DNA of 64,000 bases from Tubulanus polymorphus (Eukaryota; Animalia; Nemertea). The notes under the pieces were generated by a model. The model was not told the DNA's origin. It ran no database searches and saw nothing but the letters and a program-made list of their open reading frames with translations. Below are positions 12,086 through 24,703 of this stretch, piece by piece; position 1 is the first letter of the stretch, and every line of letters begins with the position of its first letter. The stretch covers positions 7,358,778 through 7,422,777 of the forward strand of contig NC_134030.1 in assembly GCF_964204645.1 (NCBI RefSeq), given 5' to 3'. A program made the position numbers and the translations under genes.

Positions 12086-14439
12086 CGACTTTCAGTATAA
12101 CTTATGTCGGGAAAACCCCAATTATCTGGTTTTTGTTCTAGTGATGGATAAGCCGGTTAGATATATAACTACGAAGAGGTGAGATATTTAGCTGCCATGA
12201 TGAAGCTGATACTTATCGATTCTCGGTTAAAGAGAGAACAGTTAAACGACGTGGCTAAATGTCCGATCGGTTAGACACAGGATGTGTTTGTCTATACTTA
12301 ACTAAACGCACGCGTTGTCTGTGAATTATTTACGTATAAAAGAATAGACCGGTGTATCTCAATGAATAATTGATGGGTTTCGCTGTTGTTCCTTCGATTC
12401 AGTAATACTTCTCTAGATCATGTAGTATATACGTTATGACTACGCGAACTGTGCGATAAACGATACCTTTCAGGAGAAAGATGCTCGAAACGTGTTTTTT
12501 TAAAAATCAAATGGAATAATCGACCGTTTCGGTTTTTAGACGTTTTACAGCTCTCGTATAGGCCTACACGTGCATAAATGTATCCATAGATATCTAGCTT
12601 TAGAATGATTACGGCGTCGCACGTGATTATCGTAAAATGCATCCACTTATATGGAAGAATGAATGAGTGAACATAGTCGCTGTATCTCTTTCTGTCTCTC
12701 TCACCTCACAGTCTGTGCGCGCCTCGCAATCGCTGTCGACAATGTTTCTTTAGCGCCGGTGGCGAAAAAATGACTGCGAAATACTACGAGAGACGGTTTA
12801 AGCCGTAGCGATTTATTTATCAAACATCTCATCGAAAAAAAGGATCTGTGTCTGAAAGGGATAGTAGATTAACCTCCAATTGAGCTCTACGCCAGTTCCA
12901 GGGGCATCTACTGATCTGACCTGAGTTCGGAGCTTATACCGACCATTGAAGGTAACAATTACGTTTTGCGAAAGCACTAATTTTTTTCATTCTAATCCAA
13001 TGTTTATGTAACTGACGCGATGACGCCCGTTGGAAGACGGCTGAAATGTTGTCGTCTTTGTAATAATCTAAAGAATTTCTAAATTCGAGCGTTCAATTAT
13101 GGGATTTCGCATTCATCATGATAACAAGGGTTTCCGGAACGTATCCGTAAATGCTCGGGTTAATGAGGTAAGATAAAGTCTTGCCTGCTTTGAACGAAAT
13201 CGAACGCTAGCGTTATATTAAACACGCTCTCATATTCCATTTATCCCTGATTTCTGTTTTTCTACGCTGAAGTCACGTATACCTTTTTATTCAATGCCGC
13301 GCTTTCAGATTTCATATTGTAAATAGCCGTTTTATGTTACCGGGCGGTAATTAAATGAAAAATAGATCGTATATCACTAGTGGCGAATTACTGCGATGAC
13401 TTGAGATGTAGAAAAGAATATTCCCGGAAGTTATTCATTCGGAAAATATATCTTTTCAAATCTTGGAAAAAAAGCGTTCAGAAATTGAATACGTCATGCA
13501 CGTCTGCCAGTGCTTCAGTTTACATGAAGCTGACTCGGCTCGTCGTAGAGCTGGTAATTGGCCGCGCGCTGGCATGATTCGCTTTTATCCGATCCCGATG
13601 TTAGCCCAGGTAACAACAATAGTTGCAAATGATTGCACTAAGCGAAACGTTTTGAAAAATTGGAGCGTATTGATGCTGGGAATAATAGAATGATTATCCA
13701 GCTGGTTAGGTTATGCTGAGGGGTATTATAATCGATAAAAGAGGTAGAGTGTAACCTTCAATTTCATGGGAAATAATTTGGGAGAGTATATTAGTTGGAA
13801 TTGATGGCTTTGAGGGAAGTTGACAACCTGTTTGATGTATTGCTGTGTAAGCTTCTTGTAGATGAAACCAAACTTAGCTAGATGAAGTCCTCAAAGCGTA
13901 TCTGGGACAGATTTTGATATTGATTGTGATTTCATGCCAAAAATGTATCGAATGAACTGCTAGTCTACTGGATCTGATGAAACCGAGGTACAAACTATTT
14001 ATAATTCAGGTGTTGTACCACATAGTGATGGCCCTTTTGATATGTTGAAAGGCAGTTTACCTTATTTTGGATACAACTGAAACAACTCTGAAGTGAAGTG
14101 GTCAGGTGTTTAAAATGATGGTGAGTGCAATGCCCCGTATGAACCTCCTAAAAAACTTTTTCATCTTCAGGTATAGGCTATATTTCATATTTTTAAGTGG
14201 TGTCAATATGAAATTGAAAGTGGTTCAAAAGTTCATGTTAACAGAAGACTAGGTGCGATGTGCTGATCGTTGGCCTTGGAAACCTGATAGAATAATTATT
14301 ATTCATCAAATATTTAGATATTTGCTAACGTTTTGAAAGCTGTTTGCATAACGTTCAATTCACTTTTCGGCGACATCGGGTTGAAATTCAAATCTATGAA
14401 ACGGAAATACGAAATTGAACGACCTTGGAGTGGTTTTTA

Positions 14440-14686
14440 CCTGGCCCAAATTAGGTTGGTACCAGCTGTCCGCGCCTGCACCAAATGGGTCAATGCCTGT
14501 TTGACATGAGCTGGATTTTGTACCAGGTTGGTGCCAAATTTTAGCATGGGTCAAATTATTCCATATGAAAGCTAGTTCTGGAAGTGATTTGCCACAGCAT
14601 TGCTCTGATATAATTTCAGTGAGCAGTGAGTGGTTTACACGTGAAGATGCTTTTGAATTAGGCAAGGGCCAAGTTTGACTCGGGTC
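14440..14686 (+). mobile_element. Harbinger-like MITE family A, internal fragment
   Basis: TTAGCATGGGTCAAATTATT...TTCTGGAAGTGA...GTGAGTGGTTTACACGTGAA...AATTAGGCAAGGGCCAAG matches the 5946 copy. Confidence 0.7.
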
Positions 14687-15136
14687 AGCTTTGAATAGAC
14701 CGAATTATCGCACTTTATTGCAGCTATCGTTGATATTTTCTGTGTTCGTTGTCATTTTAAAACATATGCGCGTTTTCAATTGTTCGATCTTATGCACAGC
14801 ATTTATCAAATCCTGCAGTGATATATTGTCATTGCGTGTAGATTCATGTGGCGCTCATTTTCATCGCCGTCGCTGCTGTTTGCCGTTGCCCGAAGTGAAA
14901 TTTCTTCCGCACCCGCGTTCTATGACAATGATAAATCACATATCTGCAACCAACAACATCGATATTCTAATATTACCTGTATGACGCTAATCTGCTTATT
15001 GTATTGTATTCGTTTGAAAATATGTTTCAGATCGGCTTTTGACAGGTTACCGATATTCCGTTGCAGAATTAAGTAATTCGAATGGCTCTCATGAGCTTTT
15101 AAATTGATGTTGCCTTGTTTAGCGTTTTATATGTGC

Positions 15137-15138
<2 letters not shown>

Positions 15139-15227
<89 letters not shown>

Positions 15228-15230
15228 TAT
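15139..15230. repeat. (AT)n microsatellite
   Basis: Read directly from the sequence; one G interruption. Confidence 0.97.
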
Positions 15231-15334
15231 GATGGCATTTGAGATGATATTTGGCTTTTTTCCGACAAAAACTTATCCCACAGTATTTAGTTTCATTCTG
15301 TTTAAATATAGCCTGGGTTTTGCTGTTTATAATT

Positions 15335-15498
15335 TATACACGAAATTTTCCTTAGCGTGTATACAACAAGCAATCTGATTGGTGTCGCAAGTTTTCTTGC
15401 GCTAAACCTGCGTACACAGTCCAGTGTGGCAGGGTTTCATGCCGTGGCTGAGTGTAGCGATGCCATCAGGTTCGAATACCTGCTCAGGTGAGATGAAA
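15335..15498 (+). mobile_element. tRNA-like dispersed repeat (SINE-like), long copy
   Basis: GCAATCTGATTGGTGTCGCAAGTTTTCTTG...CAGTGTGGCAGGGTTTCATGCCGTGGCTGAGTG...CCATCAGGTTCGAATACCTGC. The upstream half recurs inverted at ~16185-16320. Confidence 0.65.
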
Positions 15499-15862
15499 AG
15501 GTTGAATTGTATCCAAAATATCACAAAAAAATACATAAAGATATGTGTTTTTGATATCAAGAAATTTTAGGCTTCGATAGCTCGCACATATCACACACGT
15601 TCTGCTTATCAAATGCAGTAATCAGCGAGTTGGGGAATTCAAGAAAAAATATGTAATTTCATATTAAAAGCAATGGCGGCTGCATGAGTGAGCGTATGGC
15701 GGAGTGGGTACGTTTCCGTCTGATACTGCAACGCGATTAGATTTTGAATCGCTGTCAAATTTATAGACGATTGCGGCAAATGGCGAATTAATTTGATTAA
15801 AATCGATATCGCGGAGGATGATCTAGTATACTGAAGCGAGAGTAATCCGTTAGGTCGGTCGA

Positions 15863-15895
15863 TCGTTCGTTCGTTCGTTCATTCGTTCGTTCGTT
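15863..15895. repeat. (TCGT)n microsatellite
   Basis: Read directly from the sequence. Confidence 0.85.
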
Positions 15896-16030
15896 TGCAT
15901 TTCACTTAAATGAATTAGAAACTAATCCTGTGTACACACGGCGAGTCTCGCGATTTGTCAATTGGTTTATCGACAACGCATTTTTCAATTGAGTTATAGC
16001 AGAGCCCTGGGACTTCTAGTCTTTAACATT

Positions 16031-16171
16031 GGGGCCGGTTCCATAGTCAGGGCTTAGACTTCAAGACCGTTCTGAGACCAACTTAGTTGTTTGGCCAATC
16101 TAACTACTTAATACCAGTCTTTAAGATTTAAGACCACTTTGGTTGTAAGTCTTGTCTATGGAACCGGGCCC
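16031..16171 (+). mobile_element. Harbinger-like MITE family C
   Basis: Termini GGGGCCGGTTCCATAG / CTATGGAACCGGGCCC (15/16 inverted match). Confidence 0.8.
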
Positions 16172-18634
16172 TTGTGCACAAACTCTGACTAGACTGGTTC
16201 AGGTAGACTGGTTCAGGTACATGTGCGGGTTTAAGAAAAAGAAAATTTGCGGCAACCAATCAGATTGCCTGTTGAAGCAATTTCATGGATAAACTATAAT
16301 TGGGAAAAATTCTGGGGTAAGATCAAACAGGATGTCTGATTAGCTAATAATGACCTCATATAAGCCATCATTAACGACTCCATCATAGCCAAGTCTGGAA
16401 GTCATATGATGCAATACTGGTCGCTGATTGGCTACGACGTTAAAATAGAAAACAGAACTTGTTCTATCCTTGCGATTTGGTTTATGATCAGTCTGCGATC
16501 ATAAGCAGGTAATGGTCGTAAGTAAACTCATGTCGAAAAGGTTCCCGATTAAGAAATCGCACACTGGCCCCCTATACGATCTGATCAGACTTAAGACAAG
16601 CTACCATTAGGAATCCTGTTATTATCGACTGCTGTGATATTTTGAAATCATGTTTCAATCACTTTTATTCCTGATAGATGCGGATAGATGATCTGGTAAA
16701 AATGACAAATAGAAGTAACAGAGGGGTGTGATAAGCCTCATCATGGGACCGGGCTCAGGATATCCTATGTTCAACTACGTATATATACACTAGCCAGAAA
16801 TAGTATTTGTCTGTTACGAGTGAAGGTGACATTAGATTGCTGTTAGTAATTGTCTGCTGTGGTTGGGTGGAGTAAGCTTTTTCCGTTTGTCTACCCGTTA
16901 CGGCGAAGCGGCTCGAAACGCGATCGGTGTTTTTTTTTCGCATCCGTTTCGTCGCATATCGCTGACAAATCCGGTTGATTAACAACAATCCGGTCGCCAC
17001 AACCGATAGCGACGACGAGACGACATTGAAGAAGACACTCGGAGATATCCGAGTGTAGTAAACGTTCCATGAAATCAAGTACCGGCATACATCTCCATCA
17101 GCGGTTGGCGCGAAGATGGGGAACGAACCTTGTCAAAATATCATCCCAGACACGCGAAGATCGGGCGGAAAAAAACAGTCAAAATATCAGCTGAGTCATC
17201 GCGCCGTGATAAACACTCGTATCGTCGACGCAAAAAGTGACGACTCCGTCTGATGGTGATTGCCGTTGAGTGCTTACTTACATAATGTATCAACAGTCAT
17301 CAAAAACTACGTCGACAACGCTGGGGAAATAAATGATTGTAGTACCGGCAACGGGGTATTCACAAATGGATTGCTGTAACAGTAACGCATGTCGTCGACA
17401 ATGGGCTGGTAATGTAGCCGGAGGAATCTTTTTTCAAACACGCCACAAACGCAGTCAAGCATCGTCAATGACTGCATCGACGAGAGGCTCAAACAACTCT
17501 CGTGTATATACACGTCTAATAGTTTGGATGGTTTAAACGAGAACGGCGATTGTGTGCGCACAATCGAGACTTAGCTTATTTTTTGTAGTGATAGTTGATG
17601 TAATGGATGACCGGACGATGGCCAGTCGAAGCGTGTACACCTTTCGGGCAAGTCATCACTGCCGGCTTACCGGCACCGCTACAATACTGAACATGTTTGA
17701 TTTCACTGATTCCGCCATATCAGTGCAGTGGACCAACTAGTGTCCGGTCGACTGACAATACCAGCGATGGTTTACGGCAGCCTGTATCCTAGCAGAGATC
17801 AAATTAGAATCAGGAACTGGCCCTCTCAAGCCTGTAGTATGTTCTTAGCCTAGTACAAGCCTAGCCCTAATTGGGAGTTCAGCCACTATTTACATTTGGA
17901 AGAATAAACCGATCTTCAGATGAACTGATATATTTCAACCCCTTTGATAATTGATTGTTGCCATATTTTTTAAACTCTCGTCTGGTTCCGTTCATTTTTA
18001 AGCGATATATGATTGCGCTGAGAGTGTGTACCTGTAGTCTGCGCTATGATGAATAGCATATCTTCCATAATTCGACGGCACGATTTTTAAATGCAGTTTT
18101 CATTCGGTGGCATTATCGCGAGGCCTGATTCGATCGGAGAGCGTATCGGCGCAATGAAATGTTGGATATTAAGTGCTCGACGGCGATGGTTAGGTGTGAA
18201 GCCAGCGTCGAGTTCTTTGTTAATGACTTTCTCACTTATCGATTTATGCTACAAAGTATGAAATGTCGCCATTAATAACTCATTTAAAGCGACTCGACGC
18301 TAGTTATCGTCGTCGCATTGAGCGTAATCGGTATGCGGCGAGATTTTTGTATTTACACGCTGAAACAAGGGCAAGGGTCATTAATTCGGACGGATCTTCG
18401 TTGAGGAGGGCATTGAAGAGACATTATCAGCCTACTCATTGATATCTTCACTTATATGTTTTGACCACCGGTCTTGGTCTAATGAGTACCTTAACTTTCT
18501 AATCTAAGTGCTTGAAATAGTCAAGGGACCCTTTACCGATAATTTTGGTTAAAGGCTGAGGTTCCTGAGGCTCCAAATTGTCTTTGGTGATATAAAGTGA
18601 GTCCATCAGGCGTTTGCTTTGAGACAACAGTGCT

Positions 18635-18635
<1 letters not shown>

Positions 18636-18678
<43 letters not shown>
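18636..18678. repeat. (AGC)14 trinucleotide tract
   Basis: Read directly. Flanks are shared with the tract at 24674-24703. Confidence 0.95.
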
Positions 18679-18679
<1 letters not shown>

Positions 18680-18894
18680 CATTGGGCAAGAGTTAATTCT
18701 CTGGCTCAGCTCAAGTCATACTAAAGAATCAGATGAGAGAATTTCAGTCTGCCCTGTGGAAGCTGGCCACTTGCGCGCATTCATGACTCGAAGTCAAAAC
18801 TGGCACGGGCCCTATCTCAACTCTAATTCCAGATTACAGAATTGATGCGTGAATGTTTTTTTGTTCTGAAGACAGTAGATTGTTTCGCTCCCTG

Positions 18895-18997
18895 CAGGTG
18901 TGGTGGGTTTGTAACAGACATAAAATCAAATCAAACCAGATCTACCAATCAAATAAACGAGCGCGACAATCCCTATTTCAAGACTTAACATTCATCA
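18895..18997 (+). repeat. Unclassified dispersed repeat (copy at ~39247-39353)
   Basis: GGTGTGGTGGGTTT(T)GTAA...AAATCAAA...CAATCCCTATTT is shared between the two loci. Confidence 0.6.
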
Positions 18998-21374
18998 TTG
19001 TTCTGAATCAGCTATTTTGATTTATCGCGTAACAGCGCGGTACTGAGGCGCGAGAGATAAATTTCGGGCGGAACGCGCTTCGTTGATATTCGCTCGATGA
19101 ATTATGCGCCGACAAACGCTTACCACGGGACCCGTTTTCTTTACCCCCGACCGGAGATTTACTACATCCACGGCGTCGCGCGATGCGACGATGTGAGCCC
19201 GTTGCTCATTTGAACTCCTAGCGATGACGCGCGCGTGTGCGTGGAGCTTTGTCTTGTCAAATATATATATTTATCAAACGTGCAGTCAGGTTTATTTGCT
19301 CGTACTATAAACAAACGACTAATTATCGAGTCTCGTTAATAACGTGTCGCCTGTACGCCCGCCTGAGTATTAATGTTATGAATAATCGACTATGTTGAAT
19401 AAGTAGTAATTCAGCGTTGATAAAGTCCGTTCAGTCGACTGTGAAATGAAGTTTCCAGCATCAAAGTGACGTGTTCATACATGTATATTAGTTATATACG
19501 TATATAACAGCCCTCGTTTCATGTACGACGACCGAAGAGTTGATGGTTCGATCAGATATGTAATTAGTGTATACATATCGCGCAAATGATTCTTTTCAGC
19601 CTTCGTTAATGTTGTGCATACGCGTGCCTATGGTTTTTCTCAGTCTTTTCGGGGTTGTTCATTACGCGAATTCATCTGAAATTATCATCTATCGAGTAGT
19701 ATCTAGGTGCTATACCTTATTCAGGAATCTATTGTCTGTTCTGATCTAGAACTGAAAAAAACGTAGAATGGCCCAATTTAGGGCAACTAATGAGTACTGA
19801 GGGCCAGGTCCATTGTAAATTTGAGAGTGGACCATTTCTCTGTGTTGCTTCAATAACTAGTTTAATTACCGTGTTGGGTCAAGCTGGACTAGTGATAACA
19901 ACTGATTCAAAAACGTATATGAATGCACAGCATCAATTTAGCCCGTTCTGAAATGTTCCATTTCAGAAAAGGGCTAAATTATAACAGCTATCACTGATCA
20001 CGGCATTGTATATGAAGTTGCTATCTTGAAGTATGTTTTATATTCTCCTTACATATTCAAACCATTTAATCAGAACGCATTAATTCCATCACGCTTTCCA
20101 CCTATCACGGAATTCGTACTGATTTCAGACTGATTTCTATGGTTCCTCCGGTGGCGGTTGTAGAATATCATATTGGATCATCTTCCACTCATTGAGTATT
20201 ATCTATTTATAGAGTATTCCCAACGAGTACCACAGCCATCAGTCGAGGACATCTATCCCTATGAGGTCAAGATTGAAAAACTGCTATGGCGGATATATTT
20301 AGGAGCCATCCTTACTTTCATTGTCTTATAAAAAAAAATCTGTCTCTTGGAAAAAAATTCCTTTCTTTTTGATATATTATTAGCCTATCAGATAACTGGA
20401 AAATATGCTTATTTTTCCAATGAATAAGTTTTAAGAAGTTTATTGTGCCTGTAATGAGTTTGAAACGAACTGGCAATGATTAATTAAACTAATTATCGAA
20501 GTTTACGCAACTCGTTCGGAAGGACCGTTTTTTCCGTAAAGCGTTGATGGTTTTATTCGTCGCCACTGTTAAGAATTCTATTGAAGTTAGTCGGCGGCAT
20601 AAGCTCGAATAGCCGAGACGTGTTTTTTTAAAAAGTAGAATCTCGAATCATCGCGTTCATCAACAGGTCTTTTTCTTCGATCATCTTGCACACGCGCCCG
20701 TGCACGAGGAGATAGAGAGATTCAGCGACCGTTGTCTTCAAGCAGATGTTTTGACTTTTTGATTAGTTTCTAATGACAGTATACGGTGACAGCTCGACGG
20801 GATGAAACATGACGAAGCGATTCATGATATGACAATCATAGTAGCGCAGCCTTGGACGAGCGCGTTGGATCTACGCCTCTCATTTGTAGGTAATTTGTCA
20901 GATATTTGTCTTATAATGACATATTGTAAGTTGAACGAACTGCGCGAAGGAGAGGAAGAAAATAAACATGTTTTATCTAAAATCTCGGAGTTTTGTTAAG
21001 TGATAGATTTCTCTGGCATTATCTGCTAGTTCCCCGGTTTCAAACAGTTTTCATCGATTAACACCATCCAAACGAGGGTCCATGGTCTCTAGTTTACCTC
21101 GGTCTAGGTTCTTTTAAGTGCAACGCACGCAACAAGAGGGCTAAATGGAAACACAGAATCAAACCTATTTGATCTAAGAAGCATTGTTCCATGTACCACT
21201 AGCCGGATACGGCTTGCGACGAGTCGGTAGGCGTCGGGTTACCGTCGCAAGCCGGCTTATGTCGAACCGATAGAGCAGCAACTGGCGGCCTCTCGTAGGC
21301 CACTAGTTGCGATAAACCCATTGCGTCGGTAGGCCTCGCGTTGCTTGTCAACATAAGCAAGCCTTTAGACTTTA

Positions 21375-21485
21375 GGGTCCAGTTCCACAGTTGTGAGTTA
21401 AGATTTAACTCTTGAGTTAACTCATTGGAAATGAACTGACTTTAACTCAGAGTTAAATCTTACTCAGAACTGTGGAACTGGGTCC
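21375..21485. mobile_element. Short fold-back MITE (TIR GG.CCAGTTCCACAGTT)
   Basis: CCAGTTCCACAGTTGTGAGTTAAGATTTAACTC ... GAGTTAAATCTTACTCAGAACTGTGGAACTGG form long inverted arms. A relative lies at ~37545-37667. Confidence 0.8.
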
Positions 21486-23068
21486 AGATCTATAAGATTG
21501 TGGTTACTTTCGTAACAAGTCAAAAATCATCTGACCACCATAATTTCTATTTCACCAGAGGAGAGGTAGATATTAGATTAGACTCCCTGTAGCTTCGTGC
21601 TTGACAAACTTTTTGTTCTAGTCGCGTTTCGGGTAGATCAAAAAGTAAGTATTCATCCTCTAATCATCATATTTATTTCGTCGTCATTGTCATCGTCGTG
21701 GTGGGAGATGAACTGGCGACTAGCTGGGACAGTCGGAGGGTTATCATCATATGTAAACGTATTCTAGCTCCCCGAGGATGTTAACCGCGATCCGCACGCG
21801 CCGATTTTATGCATTAACGCAAATTCAGGCCTCACCTGTTGAATATAGAATACAGTTTGTATGTATCTACATCTGTTTTACGATCCCACGGGGATTGTTT
21901 TTTCGCTCGCGCCCCGGTGTCTTTATTTCGTTGACCGGAGGTGTTAACATTAAAAAGCGTCTTGCGCTCGCGAGCGAGTCGCTGAATTATTCATCGGCGA
22001 CGTACCCGAAAACATCTTTCTTCCGAGACATCGGGGCATTGTTCGTCGCGCCGAGACGAGACGACGAGATAGTTTTTAATCAAGTCCATTTTTGACTGAC
22101 TGCCTGCTCGATCGGTACACTGATAAACGAGGAAATGGTAGCCGTTTCACCTTGACATGAAAAAGCTTTGATTTAATGAATCTCGAGGCGGCTGCGGCAA
22201 GGGAGGGTTCTCCAGATTCCTACTAGAAAACGATACCAAATGTCTTAGTTGAAAATCGGTCTTGGATCTTTTTTCGATGGATAAAATACAATTAAGGCGA
22301 AAAATCCAGTTCAAAGTTAATTGAAAATGAACCTAACTGGTGGGATTAGTCACCAAAACTTTCAACAAGAGTCTAATGGCCTCCCTATTCAATTGATAGT
22401 GGCATTTTATGAATCTTGGAAAGAGTATGGCTTCCTTCATCCGTCCATGAAATATAGTTATAAAATTTCTCGTTTAATTCGTCTATTACGACTAAAAACT
22501 ATCGATGTATCATTAACACTTTCTGTGATGCGATGTATTTTCTTTTCTCCTTCCTTTTCGCGTCTCAGGAGACGAGTGACGCTCGATATGAATGGCATAA
22601 TCGAACAACTGTTTTCCCATCAGACTCTCGTATGAACCGCACGACTTACCGATAATTCAATACAATTAGCAGTTTTTATTTTTTTTACTTTCCTACGACA
22701 ACGGCAATGACGAAGACGAGAAGGAATCGGCGTCTACTCGATAAACAGTTAAAAATGATGAGTTTGGATCGATGTACCATCGACTCTCAGTTGAAGATAT
22801 GTGATTTCCCACAACATTAGCCCACTCAGCGTTTATCAATAATTCAATATAACAACCAAGCGATATGCGTAGTAGTGTAATGTAATACTTATTGCGTTGT
22901 AAAAGCTTTTAGAGAAGTCGCTATTGAGAAAAGATATATGTTTAAGTGGTATCTCTTAGCCTGTTAATACGACGACGATACTAGCGATAATCGCACAAGC
23001 GTCGACCTGAGTTATCTTAACTGCCCTTTTGAAGGGTGGTTAAGGTTTAAAGCTAAGCATCAAACATT

Positions 23069-23368
23069 AGCCGCGATTGCGCTACCCAGAACAACCGTTA
23101 ACCTATGTGCATAATTGACCCGGCACAGATTTGGCCCAACCAAAAACGGACCAGGACCGCGCCAAAATTTAGCGTGGGGAAAGTTATTGTGTATGAATGC
23201 TACAGGTTCCGGAAATGACTCGCTTTGCTTCGTTCAAGCTTTGTTAAGTATAGAGAGTGAATTAGGCATGGGCCAAATATCACTCGGTGCCTGGTCTTTG
23301 CCAATTTGGCCCTAATCCTAATCGTAATCCTAATCTCCAAACCTAATCCTCTCCGTGTGATCGCGGCT
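23069..23368 (+). mobile_element. Harbinger-like MITE family A with ATT target-site duplication
   Basis: ATT|AGCCGCGAT ... CTCCGTGTGATCGCGGCT|ATT: 3-bp direct repeat flanks; interior homologous to other family A copies. Confidence 0.8.
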
Positions 23369-24673
23369 ATTAACTCCCAAGTTATAACAGCATTGCCTAA
23401 ATAAGACTTGGTAAAACATACGCAAGTCGACTTCATAAGAAATTTGCAAGTTTGCGCTTTGTAATAAAAGTTACGTCTTAATGTCTGATATACTGCTTCC
23501 CTGGGGTAGAATTCATTTTCAAAATCTCAGATCCCTTTATGTCATGATTTTGGAATAATCATTTGACGAATAATTATTCCAAGGTCAACGCGAACCTTTG
23601 TTTTACTGTTATTCGTGTACTCAAAGTATGCACTCCTTTACCTTTGATTCTATTCGTTTTTCATTATGAAAAAAAAACAGACGTGTGTTTATATAGATGT
23701 AAAAGTATGGTAGACATTTCCACTGTTGGCTATTCCTTCTATAAAGAGTAAAATAAGCCGTTTTGTGTCTAGTGCGGATTTTTAATAACCATCAGAAAAA
23801 TCTTTATTAACGTTTCGAAATCTCGATGTCGAGACGCGCACAAAACACGCCACGAGCTACGAAATGATATTGCATTTGGGAATATTGCTAATAATCGAAG
23901 TTGTTTTTACCCTGGGGTTGATAATTAAAAGCGCTCGTAATGGAGAAAATGGCGTACGTAACGATATGTGGGCAACTTTGCCCGCGCTTAATTAACTAGA
24001 GACACTGCGCGCGCTGGGAACGCAGCGTTTTGAAGCGACGACAGCGTCTTCTGAGAATATATATATATATATATACATATTATCAGCGAGCATTGCGGAC
24101 AGTGATATATTCATGTTTAAACAAAAGAGTGTTTATATATATATATCTTGTATATGTGTATGATGTATATTGGCAGATTGGCATGATAAGAAGTTTGAAG
24201 AAGGTGATTTCATGATGAAAACGAACATTAGGGGAAGTGGTGCATTATGTATATTGTTAATCATAGGAAACTGCGAAGGCAACTTTTTCGATTGCGAAGT
24301 CTGTGTCTCAGTCATGAAGGCCTTTTACGCTGAATGTCTCTCGATCGGTGATACCTCGCAAGACATGCAGATACCAAGTTCCGCAGATCGTTTAAAACAC
24401 CGAGTTTTTTTTTTGGTTGCTGTTTTATTGTCGAAGGTTTTCGACGTCGACTTGCTCGAAGAATCATCAATCGGTTTAATAATGCATGTTACATCCATTA
24501 GGGTGGAAAAGAGCAACGTAACAAAACCATGTGATGAGATATGCTATAACCGAGAGTCAAAATCTATTAGTCAATACGTGTTTCGAATCCTTTGTCTTCA
24601 AATTGTCTTTGTATATTAAGGTTGATGAAGTAAACTTAGTCGATCAGGCGCATGCTTCGAGATGAGAGTACTG

Positions 24674-24703
24674 AGCAGCAGCAGCAGCAGTAGCAGCATC
24701 AGC
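24674..24703. repeat. Imperfect (AGC)n tract
   Basis: Read directly from the sequence. Confidence 0.85.
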
